Shown: positions 28,201 to 34,957 of the stretch, one piece after another
Layout: the number at the start of each line of letters is the position of its first letter
How positions within the stretch are numbered: the stretch's first letter is position 1
NCBI GenBank assembly: GCA_964499705.1
Contig: CAZCME010000026.1
Span: 1 to 59,125 of the forward strand
Length of the DNA stretch: 59,125 nt
Direction of reading: 5' to 3'
Origin: an uncultured bacterium
GTDB lineage: Bacteria > UBA8481
The notes under the pieces: model-generated
Databases searched by the model: none
What the model was told of the DNA's origin: nothing
The model's input: only the letters and a program-made list of their open reading frames with translations
Made by a program: the position numbers and the translations under genes

Positions 28201-30203
28201 ATGTCGAATCCCGCGTTGTATATGCTGGAGAAGAAAGATCCGCCGGAAGCATCATCGTTGCCGGGCCCCTTGGGCGATGAGCCGATGTTCCAGGCCTGAA
28301 CAAATCCGTAGTTCCCGCTGATCCCCGTGCCCATGTACTCGGGCCACCCGAGCACGAAGTATCTCCAGTACATATGGCGCATCGCGTTGGTGACCTCCGT
28401 GGCCAGGAACGGAAGCGAGGCGACGGTGGCGAACGGATTGATGTTGCCGCCGTGCGTGCGGATGTTCAAGCCTCCCATCTGGCCGGTTCCCTTGTCGTTC
28501 GCCGCGTTGCCCTCGACATACATGTCGACCGCGTGATACCAGACGCCGCCCGTGTTCGAGAGATCCTGCGTCGCGGCGGACAATCCCCAGGCATCGTAAT
28601 CGTAGCTGTTGTACTCGCCGGGCAGGGCCCGCACGTCCGTGACCGACCGGTCTCGCATGGCTTTCACCAGGTTCGAGTGGACCTGGAAGTCGTTTCGCCC
28701 GGTCTGCGTCCCCTGCGTCGTCTGCGTGTACCGCCCGTCGTACCAGAGGTTCGGCCACTGACTCCAGTACAGCACGCGGCCGTACTGCCCATTCGCGTCC
28801 GCGTCGTTCCATGCCGAAACCGCCTGAGCGTTGTACGTGCTGGCGCGGGGCGAACCGGCGGACGCAAGGAACATCATCATCTTCTCGCTGTAGTCGGCCC
28901 AGAGCCCCCACTTGTTGTAGTCGAGGCTCTCGACGAGCTGACGGGCGACCACCTCGGCGTCGGTGCCGCGGAAATATTCCTGGGCGAGCCAGAAACCGAT
29001 GACAAGGTCTCCGTTGTCGTCTATCGAACGCCATCGGTCGAATCCCGGATAGGGAGAGAATCGCCGGGAGGAATTCGGATCGCGCCAGTAATGATGATGA
29101 TAGGTCTGGTACGTGTCGTTCACGTAATTGTTGGGATCGTCGTATGCGCTGTATTCGGAAAAGGGACCGGCATCCGGGTAATGATTCGTGACGTCGTCGG
29201 GATACGCGGTGTTCGGGCCCTTTTTGAACCGCTGCACACCCTTCAGGATGCCGTAGACGCGGGTGTAGGCGTCGTTGTAGCTGATCCATCCGCGATGGGC
29301 TCCGACGATATACGCCGCGATCGCCGGGGAGATCGAAGCGATACTCGTGTTGTTCTGGAAGCTGACGCCGTTGATATCGGCTTCCGACGGCGGGAGATAG
29401 TACTGGTCGCCCGGCAGAACGTTATCGTAGAACCAGTTGAATATCTTGCGCTCGTACAGCTCGAGAAAAGCGTCGTTCGACATCGCATCCGTGTCGCCGG
29501 CCTCGTCGGCGATCCCGTCCATGTCCAGGTCGGATACGATATTGGCGACCTTCTCGATCGCGATACCGCAGACTTTGGGGTTATCGACGCCGCCGGAGCT
29601 CGTGAGCGTGACCTTCAGGACACCGTCGTTGCAGGGGAAAAAGGGAACGACGAAGTCGTATGCGGTATATGTGTCGCCCGCGCGGGCGAAGATGTCGAGA
29701 TTGTCCGCGATCCGGTATCCGCGCGCCGTCACGTCGCTGTCATTCAAGTAGATTCTGAACTTCCGCTGGTTCGCCGCCGTGAAGAAATTCTCGGAGAGCT
29801 TCACGGTCACGCGGTAACATCCGCCCGTGTCCCAGACCGTCGCCGGCACGTCGAACCGGAATTCCAGCTCGTTGTTCCACCGTTCGGAATAGTAGATCGA
29901 GTCCTGGTCGGTAGCCTTGATGTCGCTTCCCGTGTTGGACCATGCGACATTGCCCGCAATGACATAACCGTACCCCTGAGCGCTCGTCGAATCGTACAAC
30001 CGATCTCCCTGCCATGTTCGCCCCGCCGTATCGACGTACGTGCCGGTCGTGCCGACGTTGTAGTAATACGCCGAGTTGCCGTTCGGCATGGCCTGGAACG
30101 GAATGGAGTGAGAGGGAATCGAGCAGAGCACGGGAAGGAACAGGAACGGAACGAGAACGCGGAGCAGTATCGATTCGAGGAACGCGCCGGTTTTCTCCGT
30201 CAT
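16236..30203 (-). CDS. Giant secreted multidomain protein B (4655 aa): malectin, GH144-like domain, CBM32, CIA30/CBM11-like domains, about 20 Ig/FN3-like stalk repeats, anchor module, T9SS type A/FlgD-like C-terminal sorting domain
   Basis: ORF track 16236..30458. Start reassigned to MTEKTG (30203), which follows the LacI-B stop and precedes a signal peptide. Motifs: malectin IYYSERW...KLSENFF...RKF...DIF; glycoamylase-type TSIAS, GAHRGWI, WGLSA, GNYGF and DMGPQIVAIENQRSGLVW; discoidin TTRWESEFTDNEWIYIDLG; CTD IVYPNPY...WDARGDDGRELASGVYL...VKKVMIIR. Confidence 0.93.
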   Translation of the reverse strand: MTEKTGAFLESILLRVLVPFLFLPVLCSIPSHSIPFQAMPNGNSAYYYNVGTTGTYVDTAGRTWQGDRLYDSTSAQGYGYVIAGNVAWSNTGSDIKATDQDSIYYSERWNNELEFRFDVPATVWDTGGCYRVTVKLSENFFTAANQRKFRIYLNDSDVTARGYRIADNLDIFARAGDTYTAYDFVVPFFPCNDGVLKVTLTSSGGVDNPKVCGIAIEKVANIVSDLDMDGIADEAGDTDAMSNDAFLELYERKIFNWFYDNVLPGDQYYLPPSEADINGVSFQNNTSIASISPAIAAYIVGAHRGWISYNDAYTRVYGILKGVQRFKKGPNTAYPDDVTNHYPDAGPFSEYSAYDDPNNYVNDTYQTYHHHYWRDPNSSRRFSPYPGFDRWRSIDDNGDLVIGFWLAQEYFRGTDAEVVARQLVESLDYNKWGLWADYSEKMMMFLASAGSPRASTYNAQAVSAWNDADANGQYGRVLYWSQWPNLWYDGRYTQTTQGTQTGRNDFQVHSNLVKAMRDRSVTDVRALPGEYNSYDYDAWGLSAATQDLSNTGGVWYHAVDMYVEGNAANDKGTGQMGGLNIRTHGGNINPFATVASLPFLATEVTNAMRHMYWRYFVLGWPEYMGTGISGNYGFVQAWNIGSSPKGPGNDDASGGSFFSSIYNAGFDMGPQIVAIENQRSGLVWNLMMANDNMQRAMNRFGMSGWTSAPPTPSSLNKTATASSVRAATNNTANKATDDDKTTRWESEFTDNEWIYIDLGADQTISSVVLWWEPAYAKQYDIQVAANGADPSNDANYATVYTDNGGNGGVDRIPLSPSRTGRYVRMKGRERGTVYAYSLWGFDVFSTELAVPGLIDDFEVASGVNRMGEAMGTFTGGGGTASSNYETDTATGKVYAGIRSRWVTFNVSGGGQSAGFYSTADNGNYDARSYSALSFQVKGASGGEKIQVRVKDTANVEPAKSADSYLTGGITTSWKRVIVPLTDFTSGSAVDLGHLNNVNLYFSNAQGGTTNSTVYIDDLKFVTDAEIPPVPPTYPLIASVGTQIRLKWSDTDPVQIAGYHVYRREKDSGAFARITSTPVTTLYYNDNDAALAGREGTTYEYYMTKLTTGGLESSACDTRTAIYGAVEIDWDDAAATNIFSGTDLGFWGATAHFWTDGVQADGRNGKIRSAEGDPGFGIFSVLPGTNINQYGVVSLRFDVKGNAGGESFQVGLKDRTTSQEVKILMDTVVTTGWQTFVVPLDPFISGGVDMTNLDNISFTFQGAHERYFLDNIMFMPSGGSVILVDNFDASAVDLTNYQGGVATLIASGGDPINVATMANSGAERHSVQRSLLMTFAPGGTQPRGFSEPFPAQLNASATKYLTFWVKGSDALATTDMKVILDDGGANASVSLCTYVIPSMSEWRRAVIPLSDFPGVDTTSLDNIKCQFNASPAVGGSIYFDDIQFTLSAPTSHYGFQIMGPDTWAFGIPLGIVIKATHSDSGLIRTFTGTCSITIPAGDTLTPATATVTNGVGSANITITGDTYGAKTVTVTDSTTTTRRGTRIFQIIQGSFRVETVSVGPYNSGDSILIKITALDFLGDTLTSFAGQVDLEVVPGRIAPARTDSFVAGIRFETVSIHSVGVDTIRVLFQNSSGTRSITMRPPLIVDDFADGVDPNNIADDSFSWPNGNYRGSYSGAASHSDSRSFLFEFDAQAGVTGGIGQGFARYYRGMNVASCTAISFWIRGASGMNKADKLYLGLKATTGVETALLVCSYVVPVTTAWRRAYIPLKDFRGLDTKIVENWHFKIVPDVAGLISGYLDDIRMETDMPDTYIAFEASAPPSVVVGESFSLRLWALHAESGVYPFTSDLISISPSMGSVIPASKAMSRGIMVDSFALTTPGTIVLTATSGGVSCTIPITVLPSGNVIVDDMEGDSRNNLGLATSAWGVASRALVTDQQKSGLASTLWTFNAANGTSGGLEEALGGLNVTSLASLAFWVRADSTLDDTDVRSLYTSIRQNGGAETNLVFDSFVRPVSSEWRRVLIPLSHFTGLDTANLQDFNFIRVSNQSGNTIAGGMYVDDVLFTNDTQGELVDFEVRAPSFARAGDSFMIRIDARHADKGILRSFTDSVSFTTPASLAPDTSGNFFAGIRFETISITQVGAATITVVSATGKSGTTTITITDSSIPIDTFHQLSPVAGLETTSPIVRFEWTMPADTTVLSQFRVQLSRYDSFTPLAVDSIVAATESSAWVSVTGTETYHWRVQAYAISGNTRISLPGDSILVIDTEPPVGFGLSSPSAGADTSATSVTFRWNASSDSHSGLNGYRVQISRDSVFTVPLADSPAGLATESTIALAANDTYYWRVRAIDDLGNIRTTADTFRVVRIDTMPPFAFSLSSPANSLETSGVSIAFSWTSSGDTHSGLKNYRIQLSLSPSFGALLLDSTAALATSTTVLFGGPGLSASDTIFWRVVAYDTAGNATVSSETRTLVVDTEPPVPFTRDTPVNGATTMSNVTIRWNASGDTHSGLASYRVEVSNDSAFGFVAIDTTLAAPDTDLAILLPQDTWFWRVTARDDVGNTRYATNGGGATYDSFVSSPPDDTTPPTIFNQLIPVARTETSAASVTFAWSASTDSIGLAHYRVQLSPSSSFVPLTIDTIVPASRDSAVLSIFGSDTFHWRVMAVDFAANTTVSLPGDSIVVVDTEPPVPFALSLPSNSYETSGLSIPFAWQVATDSHTSLAQYRIQVARVSSFAVLLVDSSNGVSTGTTVMLPGLDTYFWRVVARDTLGNVRISTDTRILFIDTQPPAAFNLSGPPNNLETSFTTIRFSWSASGDLHSGLNRYRIQVARSPIFATLLIDSSALLATETVVILAGTDTYYWKVIAIDDVGNTTTSSETRALYVDTTPPIPFALVSPRNGETVAATATILWGLSGDTHSGLNKYTFEFSRDSLFTLVNFSGSVAVPDTDFIWTPTGNDTWFWRVFAVDDAGNTVAATSAFETFVRPLADTTPPSAFSLSSPADLLETSIALRVFTWSVSSDSEAGLNTYRLQIASDSIFSALLLDSITGVTTTGTTAVPVNDTKYWRVVAVDNNLNTTVSTPSFRRIIVDTIPPSAAPLLSPAQDAETSAVLISFAWTASVDTVSGVKEYRIQVDTSGTFAFNVTDSVLGLVTQTVLSLPANDTYRWRLIVKDDAGNTTTTTDSRFFIDTVPPTSAYPVSPSAGLETNAASIAFSWTASADTLSGLADYRIQVDTLGTFVTLVSDSSTGGIAGGIVTPPANVAYRWRIVSIDRAGNTIASPDSGFTIDTAPPPAPTLRLPSNGVETNVTAIRFTWDTVVDALSGLNRHQIQISRSPAFAPLMIDSTAFLAAETTIALVGTDTYYWRVIAIDDASNTTASSETRTLYVDTTPPIPFAPISPRNGETVLAMVTIIWNPSSDTHTGLNRYTFDFARDSIFSIISFSGSVNAPDTDYIWTPTGNDTWFWRVFAFDDAGNTVAATSAFETFVRLLSDTTPPVSFSLSSPADLLETSTPVQIFTWTASSDSGGGLYSYRLQISSDSTFSVLLVDSLTGITTTGTTTVPANDTRYWRILAVDNSLNTTVSTPSFRRIIVDTVPPTAAPHLAPAQNAETSSVLIGFLWSASTDTLSGVKQYRIQIDTAGTFLANIVDSVVGLVTQASFTLAANDTYRWRLIISDDAGNTTATTDSRFFIDTVPPSAGYPASPVSGLETNATRLLFTWTASVDSLSGISDYRLQVDTLGTFTTLIADSPTGRNPSGTLVIPANSSYRWRVLAIDQAGNTSISVDSGFTIDTVPPPLPTQRGPADVTETRLVSISFSWDTVLDALSGVNHYSIQVDTSGLFISLLADSSTGLSNSGIVTMAPNDTYLWRIFVVDDAGNTNASTPRLFVIDTVAPALPVLDTPIRGADTPSPVFLRWLAATDTLSGLNRYRIQIDTLGTFAGALAVDSFHFGTETTIKLSMDTYFWRIIAIDDAGNTVASSPESFRVLTSDTTRPESFPLTAPVHGTETTSVNVKFQWGNAKDSSPPITYRLIVDTDFAGSYTIDTMVTDTFVTVTLTANDTLFWRVIAIDVAGNTTVIGDSRVAVDTAPPGPASPVFPVKGERVYSPTLLSWNASSDSISGIARYRFQIDTSGLFTAPRVDSWQFTSADTRASLEAGVFYWRVLAYDELGNNSVSATETFTMAGPDTVAPIVLDSPLASPSVVSNTGTTTVVITITVDDSNAVSDVFVDLSPLGQGESMQATQVTDTIWTITVVFDSTVLGDTYDLKVKIIDPANNTSTTTIRIVVTDNTPSMSDVSWQPLREEVMAGNEISIISTYGDSYVSVRYEFRPSSGGTWQNVPSNRPNPDTQAPFWGIYWVVPDTLPDGSYDVRAVGTDKNGNTDPNPSYLRIKLNRVDSTVHEYNDGSTHIRRQQFNPYESGTIMIADGGTRFELPIGGVSETVWIRVTILDTAPAASPLGAGVQAPGGGAFRVFVREDGKRSFAKPFTLRIPYQDTDLKSDGIGQTAISEDRLALYWWDDVTHSWIKDLSCRVDAVNNVIICQVNHFTLFAVLAGQDTKVNLQSLIVYPNPYVPNDGRAANGTPFQSGDGTSGIIFDGLTAQATITVYNSAGRRVAEMSKNSAEGRFHWDARGDDGRELASGVYLAVMKSGAETVVKKVMIIR
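17660..23700 (-). repeat. Intragenic Ig/FN3-like repeat stalk of giant B, including a duplicated five-module block (offset 1509 bp)
   Basis: Repeating DT.PP...L.SP...T...F.W.AS.D..SG...YRIQ...DTY.WRV.A.D.AGN. The sequence encoding WTPTGNDTWFWRVFA.DDAGNTVAATSAFETFVR occurs at about 19831 and about 21340. Confidence 0.85.
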
Positions 30204-30220
30204 CGACTTCCGGCGACGAA

Positions 30221-31246
30221 TCACTCTGTCGGAATCCGCCGGACCGACCGGCCCTCGAAAAGGACGGGCGGTAGACGAAGCTCCAGATCGAACCGCTCGC
30301 TCACCGTCGCTTCCGCCACGGCTTCCCCGATGGCCGCGAGCGGCTGCGCAACCGTCGTCAGCGCGGGATCGAGCTGACGGGCCAGGAGCGTGCCATCGAA
30401 GCCGGTGATGGAAACCTGCTCGGGAATCCGGATGCCGCTCTGGGTGAACACATCGCACAGCCCCGCCGCCATGTCGTCGTTGGCGGCGACGATGGCGTCG
30501 GGAAGTTCGCCGGTCTTCACCCAGTGATGCGCGGCATGGCGACCGCCCTCCCGAGTGAAATCGCCCGCGACGATATCCTTCCTGTCGACTTTGAGACCGC
30601 GCTGCTTCATCGTCGCGCAGAATGCCGCGGAGCGTTCCCGCGCGTCCGACAGATCGCGCGGTCCTTCGACGAAGCCGATCCTTCGATGTCCATGCTCCAC
30701 AAGATGGTCGACCACCATGCGGATACCCTCCGCGTTGTCCACGCCAATGGAGCCGAATCCCTTCGCGATCTTCTCGCTGCAGACGACGAGGCCGCGGACG
30801 CCCCGATCGGCGAGAAATCCGATCCGTGAGTCATGCGTCGGGGGGCCGAGCAGAATGACGCTCTTGAAGATGAGACTCTCGAAATTCGCCGCCAAAAGCT
30901 CCAATGTCGGATCCAGAGGCGACGAGGCCGACGTGCGAGGAATGTTGAAGAGCGCGATGGCGTGACCGCGCTGCTTCATCGCGTCCTCGATTGACCGGAT
31001 GAGCGCATGATAGATATTGTTGAGAAAGAGATCCTCCAGGCCCGTCACGACCGCCGCCATGGGAAAGCGCGTGCCGCGGGAGAGATGACGCGCCGAGAGG
31101 TTGACGTGAAACCCGCGCTGCCGGACGATTTTCTGCACCTTGCGCCGCGTCTTTTCACTGACATGGGGATGGCCGTTCAGGACGCGGGAGATGGTCATCT
31201 TGGAGACGCCGGCCTCCCGGGCGATCTGGCTGATGGATCCGTTCAA
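30221..31246 (-). CDS. LacI/GalR-family transcriptional repressor, copy B (341 aa)
   Basis: Same motifs as copy A, with an identical HTH. Start set at TTG 31246 by alignment with copy A (both 1026 bp, same SD). The ORF-track extension to 31312 runs into the promoter. Confidence 0.95.
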   Translation of the reverse strand: MNGSISQIAREAGVSKMTISRVLNGHPHVSEKTRRKVQKIVRQRGFHVNLSARHLSRGTRFPMAAVVTGLEDLFLNNIYHALIRSIEDAMKQRGHAIALFNIPRTSASSPLDPTLELLAANFESLIFKSVILLGPPTHDSRIGFLADRGVRGLVVCSEKIAKGFGSIGVDNAEGIRMVVDHLVEHGHRRIGFVEGPRDLSDARERSAAFCATMKQRGLKVDRKDIVAGDFTREGGRHAAHHWVKTGELPDAIVAANDDMAAGLCDVFTQSGIRIPEQVSITGFDGTLLARQLDPALTTVAQPLAAIGEAVAEATVSERFDLELRLPPVLFEGRSVRRIPTE

Positions 31247-31297
31247 TGCATCCCTTTCTCCGGCCTCGCCCGCCGTGTCCGGTATCGCCGCATCCCC

Positions 31298-31311
31298 TGT
31301 TACCGGTATCA
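31298..31311. promoter_or_regulatory. LacI-family operator O1 (TGTTACCGGTATCA), cassette B
   Basis: Identical to 14346-14359 and in the same position relative to the -10 box. Confidence 0.8.
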
Positions 31312-31339
31312 ATTATACCGCTCTTCATCTCCGTGTCAA
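31312..31339 (-). promoter_or_regulatory. Sigma70-type promoter TTGACA-N16-TATAAT driving lacI-B, giant B and PorV-like 1
   Basis: Plus strand ATTATA at 31312-31317 and TGTCAA at 31334-31339. Confidence 0.85.
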
Positions 31340-31366
31340 CAGGCATATATGGTTTATTAGCGTGTA

Positions 31367-31380
31367 TGTAAGCGGTTACA
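31367..31380. promoter_or_regulatory. LacI-family operator O2 (TGTAAGCGGTTACA), cassette B
   Basis: Identical to 14413-14426 and 35142-35155. Confidence 0.85.
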
Positions 31381-31438
31381 TCATCATTATTTCGAGAGCG
31401 GGTAGCGAGCCGGAAGCGAGGCCGGGCGGACGGATCGG

Positions 31439-34400
31439 TCAGCGGGCGATCGTGATCCTCGCGGGGGTCCGCGCGACCCGCAGGAGGCCATCCGGAGCCG
31501 ACACCGGCCTGCCGTCGACCTTCACGTCGTGCCCCCTCAGCTCAGCCGGCAGCGGGATCACGACGCCCCGGGACGGATGGACGCCGGCGGAGAGTTCGAT
31601 CTCGTAGCCGGCCGCGACCGGCTTGATCGTATAACCGAGCGACCCAAAGAGCGTCGGCAATCCGCGGATCGTCACGCCCTTGTCGTACCATTCCTTCGGT
31701 ATCCCCGCCGCGACGAACAACTCCTCTTCCTGCTCATATACGATGAGCGTCCGGAGGGCGCTGATGTAACCGGAGCCGACCCAGGTGTGGGGCATGTCGC
31801 CGATGTAAGACGGAGCGCGCTTTCTGGCATAAACCATCTCCGCCATGTGGTTCCACGCGAAGGGGCGGACCGAGTCCCTTGTGAGCCACCGGAGCATCGC
31901 CAGAGCCCGGTCGCGTTCTCCCATCCGGACGAACGAAGCGGCGTTGCGAACCTCGTACGGCGTGAACGATCTCTCACTCCCTGGTTCCATCCCCTTCGCG
32001 AATTCGGCGTAGTACTTGTCGTACATCCGCTTCACGATCTCCTTCGGAAGATGCTCCACGTCGCCCGTCACCATGATCGCAATCGACGTGGACGTAGGAT
32101 CGAAATCTCCCTTCTCCACGCACCCGGGAATGTAATCGATCTTCCTCTCCTCGATCGTCGTCCGGATGGACTCCAGAACGGCCGCGCGAAACTCTTCGAG
32201 CTCCTTGCGCATCCATGCCGCATCCTCCTTCCGGGCCAGGACTTCCGCGAGGTGAATCGCGTCCTTCAATCCCCGAAGGCCCCAGAAGTTGTCCCAGTGA
32301 CTGTGCATCGCGGGATAATAGCCTTCGTGGCTGTTCGAGGGCGGAAGAATTCCGCGAAATGCTCGCTTCGCCGGATCGTTCATGAACTCCGGCGTCATCC
32401 TCATGCGTCTCAGGCCGGCCTGAAACTTCATCGCCCATGCCATCTTCGGATAGACGGTCGCGAGAAATTTCCGGTCGCCCGTCATGTCGAAATACCTCCG
32501 GATCGCGAAGACGAACTCTCCCTGCGAATCGTATTCCTTCCCTTCCCCGCTCCCGTCGTCGACGTTGAATCCGACCGGATGGCCGCCCTCGAAGAAGATG
32601 TACGGGACCATGCCGTCCAATGCCGTCCCGTTCGCCGCGACATGCGGCAGGACGGCGTCGAGCCATTTCTTCACGTCATTTTTCAGGCCCATCTGCAGGA
32701 GAGCCACGCTCGTCATCGCGCCGTCCCGGACCCAGGAGTGGTTATAATTCCGCGGACCCGGCTTGATCCAGGGGCCGTCCTTGTTGATGAGGATGTAAGC
32801 GATATTGGAGCGCATGACATCGACGAGCCTCGGCTCCGGAATCTCGATCGTGAATCGGAGCAACAGGTCCGACCAGAATTTCTTCCGTTCCGCGAGGATC
32901 GCCTCGAAGAAAGATGGTGCCTTCGCTCCGGCGGGAAACACGGTCGCATCATGCATCGAATAGACGAGAACGACCTCGTCGGAAGCGCCCGGCTCGAGTT
33001 GGAAATCGTATGCGAGCGCGGCGGACGCGAGCCCGTCCGGATCCCGGGCGAAATCGGCGGAGGGCATCTCGCCCCGGGCCAGAAGAGCGACGGCGCTCCC
33101 CTCCCTGTTCGCCGCCGCTCCCCGCCGCGCCGGACTCTTCGCGGCGTACAGCCTCGGTCTGTCGTTCACCGACATCGCGGTCACGCCGTTCTTCTCGCCG
33201 AAGCCGATCGTGTTGATCGCGCTGTGGCCTCCGTGCTGCCAGACCGGATTCAACTGGACCGGTAGAACCGCGAGCGAGAGCGCGATCTTCCTCGCGTCCG
33301 GCGATGTGTTCGTGACCCGGTATCGCACCGCGGTCCATGATTTTCCCGGAGCGCCCGCGCTCACCGCGCGGATGTCCAGGCGCGCGGAATGGCTTTGCCA
33401 GGCCACGCCGGGAATCGGGAGAATTCCATCCGCGAGATCCTGCGTCACCTCGCAGTCGGCGAACGTGATGAGCTTCTCTCCGTCCGACAAGAACGGCAGC
33501 ACGGTAAACCCGTTCTTGTACGGTTCGATCGCTCCGTTCTCGGACAGGAGGCTCTCCTCCTCGTCATCGGGAACACCCGAGACCGTCCAGAATTCCTGGA
33601 GCCTGCGGAGATGAAGAGGATACATTCCCTCGGGCGCATCCTTCGCCAGAGCCTGGTAGACCTTGATCGGAGTGGCCTTTTCTTCGGAACCTTTCAGCTC
33701 GATCTCCGCCAGCGAAAATCCCCGACCGGCGCCCTCGCGGCACCGGATCCGGATCTGACGTGCCGAGATCGGGTTGAAGAAGAGGAGATCGGTTCCGCCG
33801 TTGCCTTCAGTCGTCGCATGCACGGTCGTCCACTTGGATCCGTCCGCGGAACATTCGACCGCATACGAACGCGGGTAATCGTCGCCCCACGCCAGGAGAA
33901 GGCCGCCGAGATCCCATCGCCGCGGAAGCTGTAGAAGAATCTCGGTCGGACCGGGACCATCGCCTTGCCAGCACGTGGACGTATCGCCGTCCAGGACGGC
34001 CACAGGATCGCGACCGGCGGCGGTCGCGATCGGTGGATTGTTGCCGTCATGAAAGACGACTTCCCAGAACGAGAATCCCCATCCGGTTCCGCGCTGGACG
34101 CAATTGATCCTCATGGTCGTGACGAGCGCGGGCTTGAAGTAGATGATATCCCGGAGCCCGTCGCCGTCGGACGTCGCGTAGACGCGTCGAAAAACGCCGT
34201 CGCGTCCCGCGATCTCCACGGTATAGATCTCGCCGAAAGCGGTCTCCCAGAAGATCGTCAGGCCGCAGAGCTCGCGCGGCTCGTCGAACTCGGCCTGCCA
34301 ATACTGACTGTCCGCGAAGTTGCTGCTCCATCGCGTCGTCATGTCCCCATCGAGCGCCTTGCCTGCCGCGTAAGCGTCGTCGCCGGAGGACGCTGTGGCG

Positions 34401-34957
34401 CGGCCCGGGCCGGCGGGAGGATTCACGAGAATCTCGAAGAGCGAATTTCCCCATTCGGTCGCGCGTTTCTTGAGATCGAGCTTCATATATCGCGCGCGCA
34501 CAGGATCCGCGAGCTTGATCGCCTCCCGGCCGCCCTCGCCGGACTCCTTGCCGTGAACTTTTTTCCAGTCCAAGCCATTCTCGGAGACGAGGAGATCGTA
34601 GGATTTGGTGTAGGCATTCTCCCAGACGAGGACGATTTCCCGCAGTTCGATAGCGCGCCCGAAATCAATCCGGAACCACTGCGCATCCTCGAAGGCGCTG
34701 GACCAGCGGGTCGTCAAGTCGCCGTCGATGGCCATATCGGGCGTCAGGCTGTCGGAATCGGAGCTGGACGCGGTCGCGATCCACGGAACTGCTGATTCCC
34801 AGGCATTCGCGCCGTACGGCGTGGAGACGGTACCGGCGCACGCGGACGACCAGACGAGGCTGAGGAGCGCGGTTGCCAAGCAGGTGCGCGCCCGGCCCAG
34901 GAACCTCCGGCTACGAAGACTGCATCCATCCCATCCGACCCGTCTCACTCCGCGCAT
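31439..34957 (-). CDS. Secreted protein with three F5/8 type C (discoidin) domains and a C-terminal six-hairpin glycoside-hydrolase-like domain (about 1172 aa)
   Basis: Three AIDGD..TRWSS / VLDGD..T.W discoidin units. Catalytic-domain-like motifs ILINKDGPWIKPGPRNYNHSWVRDGAM, EYDSQGE, ILPPSNSHEGY, HSHWDNFW, WNHMAE and YIGDMPHTWVGS. Start ATG 34957 follows GAGGAACGGAG and precedes a signal peptide; GTG 35038 is an alternative. Confidence 0.85.
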   Translation of the reverse strand: MRGVRRVGWDGCSLRSRRFLGRARTCLATALLSLVWSSACAGTVSTPYGANAWESAVPWIATASSSDSDSLTPDMAIDGDLTTRWSSAFEDAQWFRIDFGRAIELREIVLVWENAYTKSYDLLVSENGLDWKKVHGKESGEGGREAIKLADPVRARYMKLDLKKRATEWGNSLFEILVNPPAGPGRATASSGDDAYAAGKALDGDMTTRWSSNFADSQYWQAEFDEPRELCGLTIFWETAFGEIYTVEIAGRDGVFRRVYATSDGDGLRDIIYFKPALVTTMRINCVQRGTGWGFSFWEVVFHDGNNPPIATAAGRDPVAVLDGDTSTCWQGDGPGPTEILLQLPRRWDLGGLLLAWGDDYPRSYAVECSADGSKWTTVHATTEGNGGTDLLFFNPISARQIRIRCREGAGRGFSLAEIELKGSEEKATPIKVYQALAKDAPEGMYPLHLRRLQEFWTVSGVPDDEEESLLSENGAIEPYKNGFTVLPFLSDGEKLITFADCEVTQDLADGILPIPGVAWQSHSARLDIRAVSAGAPGKSWTAVRYRVTNTSPDARKIALSLAVLPVQLNPVWQHGGHSAINTIGFGEKNGVTAMSVNDRPRLYAAKSPARRGAAANREGSAVALLARGEMPSADFARDPDGLASAALAYDFQLEPGASDEVVLVYSMHDATVFPAGAKAPSFFEAILAERKKFWSDLLLRFTIEIPEPRLVDVMRSNIAYILINKDGPWIKPGPRNYNHSWVRDGAMTSVALLQMGLKNDVKKWLDAVLPHVAANGTALDGMVPYIFFEGGHPVGFNVDDGSGEGKEYDSQGEFVFAIRRYFDMTGDRKFLATVYPKMAWAMKFQAGLRRMRMTPEFMNDPAKRAFRGILPPSNSHEGYYPAMHSHWDNFWGLRGLKDAIHLAEVLARKEDAAWMRKELEEFRAAVLESIRTTIEERKIDYIPGCVEKGDFDPTSTSIAIMVTGDVEHLPKEIVKRMYDKYYAEFAKGMEPGSERSFTPYEVRNAASFVRMGERDRALAMLRWLTRDSVRPFAWNHMAEMVYARKRAPSYIGDMPHTWVGSGYISALRTLIVYEQEEELFVAAGIPKEWYDKGVTIRGLPTLFGSLGYTIKPVAAGYEIELSAGVHPSRGVVIPLPAELRGHDVKVDGRPVSAPDGLLRVARTPARITIAR

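Noticed and set aside
16470-30377. Long plus-strand ORFs such as 23313..25769 (818 aa), 25851..27623 and 28374..30377
   Set aside because: Antisense to giant B, Arg/Val-rich, no recognisable domains.
30204-30458. ORF-track N-terminal extension of giant B
   Set aside because: Overlaps the 3' end of lacI-B; the signal peptide follows Met at 30203.
1-31380. Diversity-generating retroelement explanation for near-identical segments
   Set aside because: No reverse transcriptase is visible, and the differences I inspected are not adenine-specific; ordinary duplication explains them.
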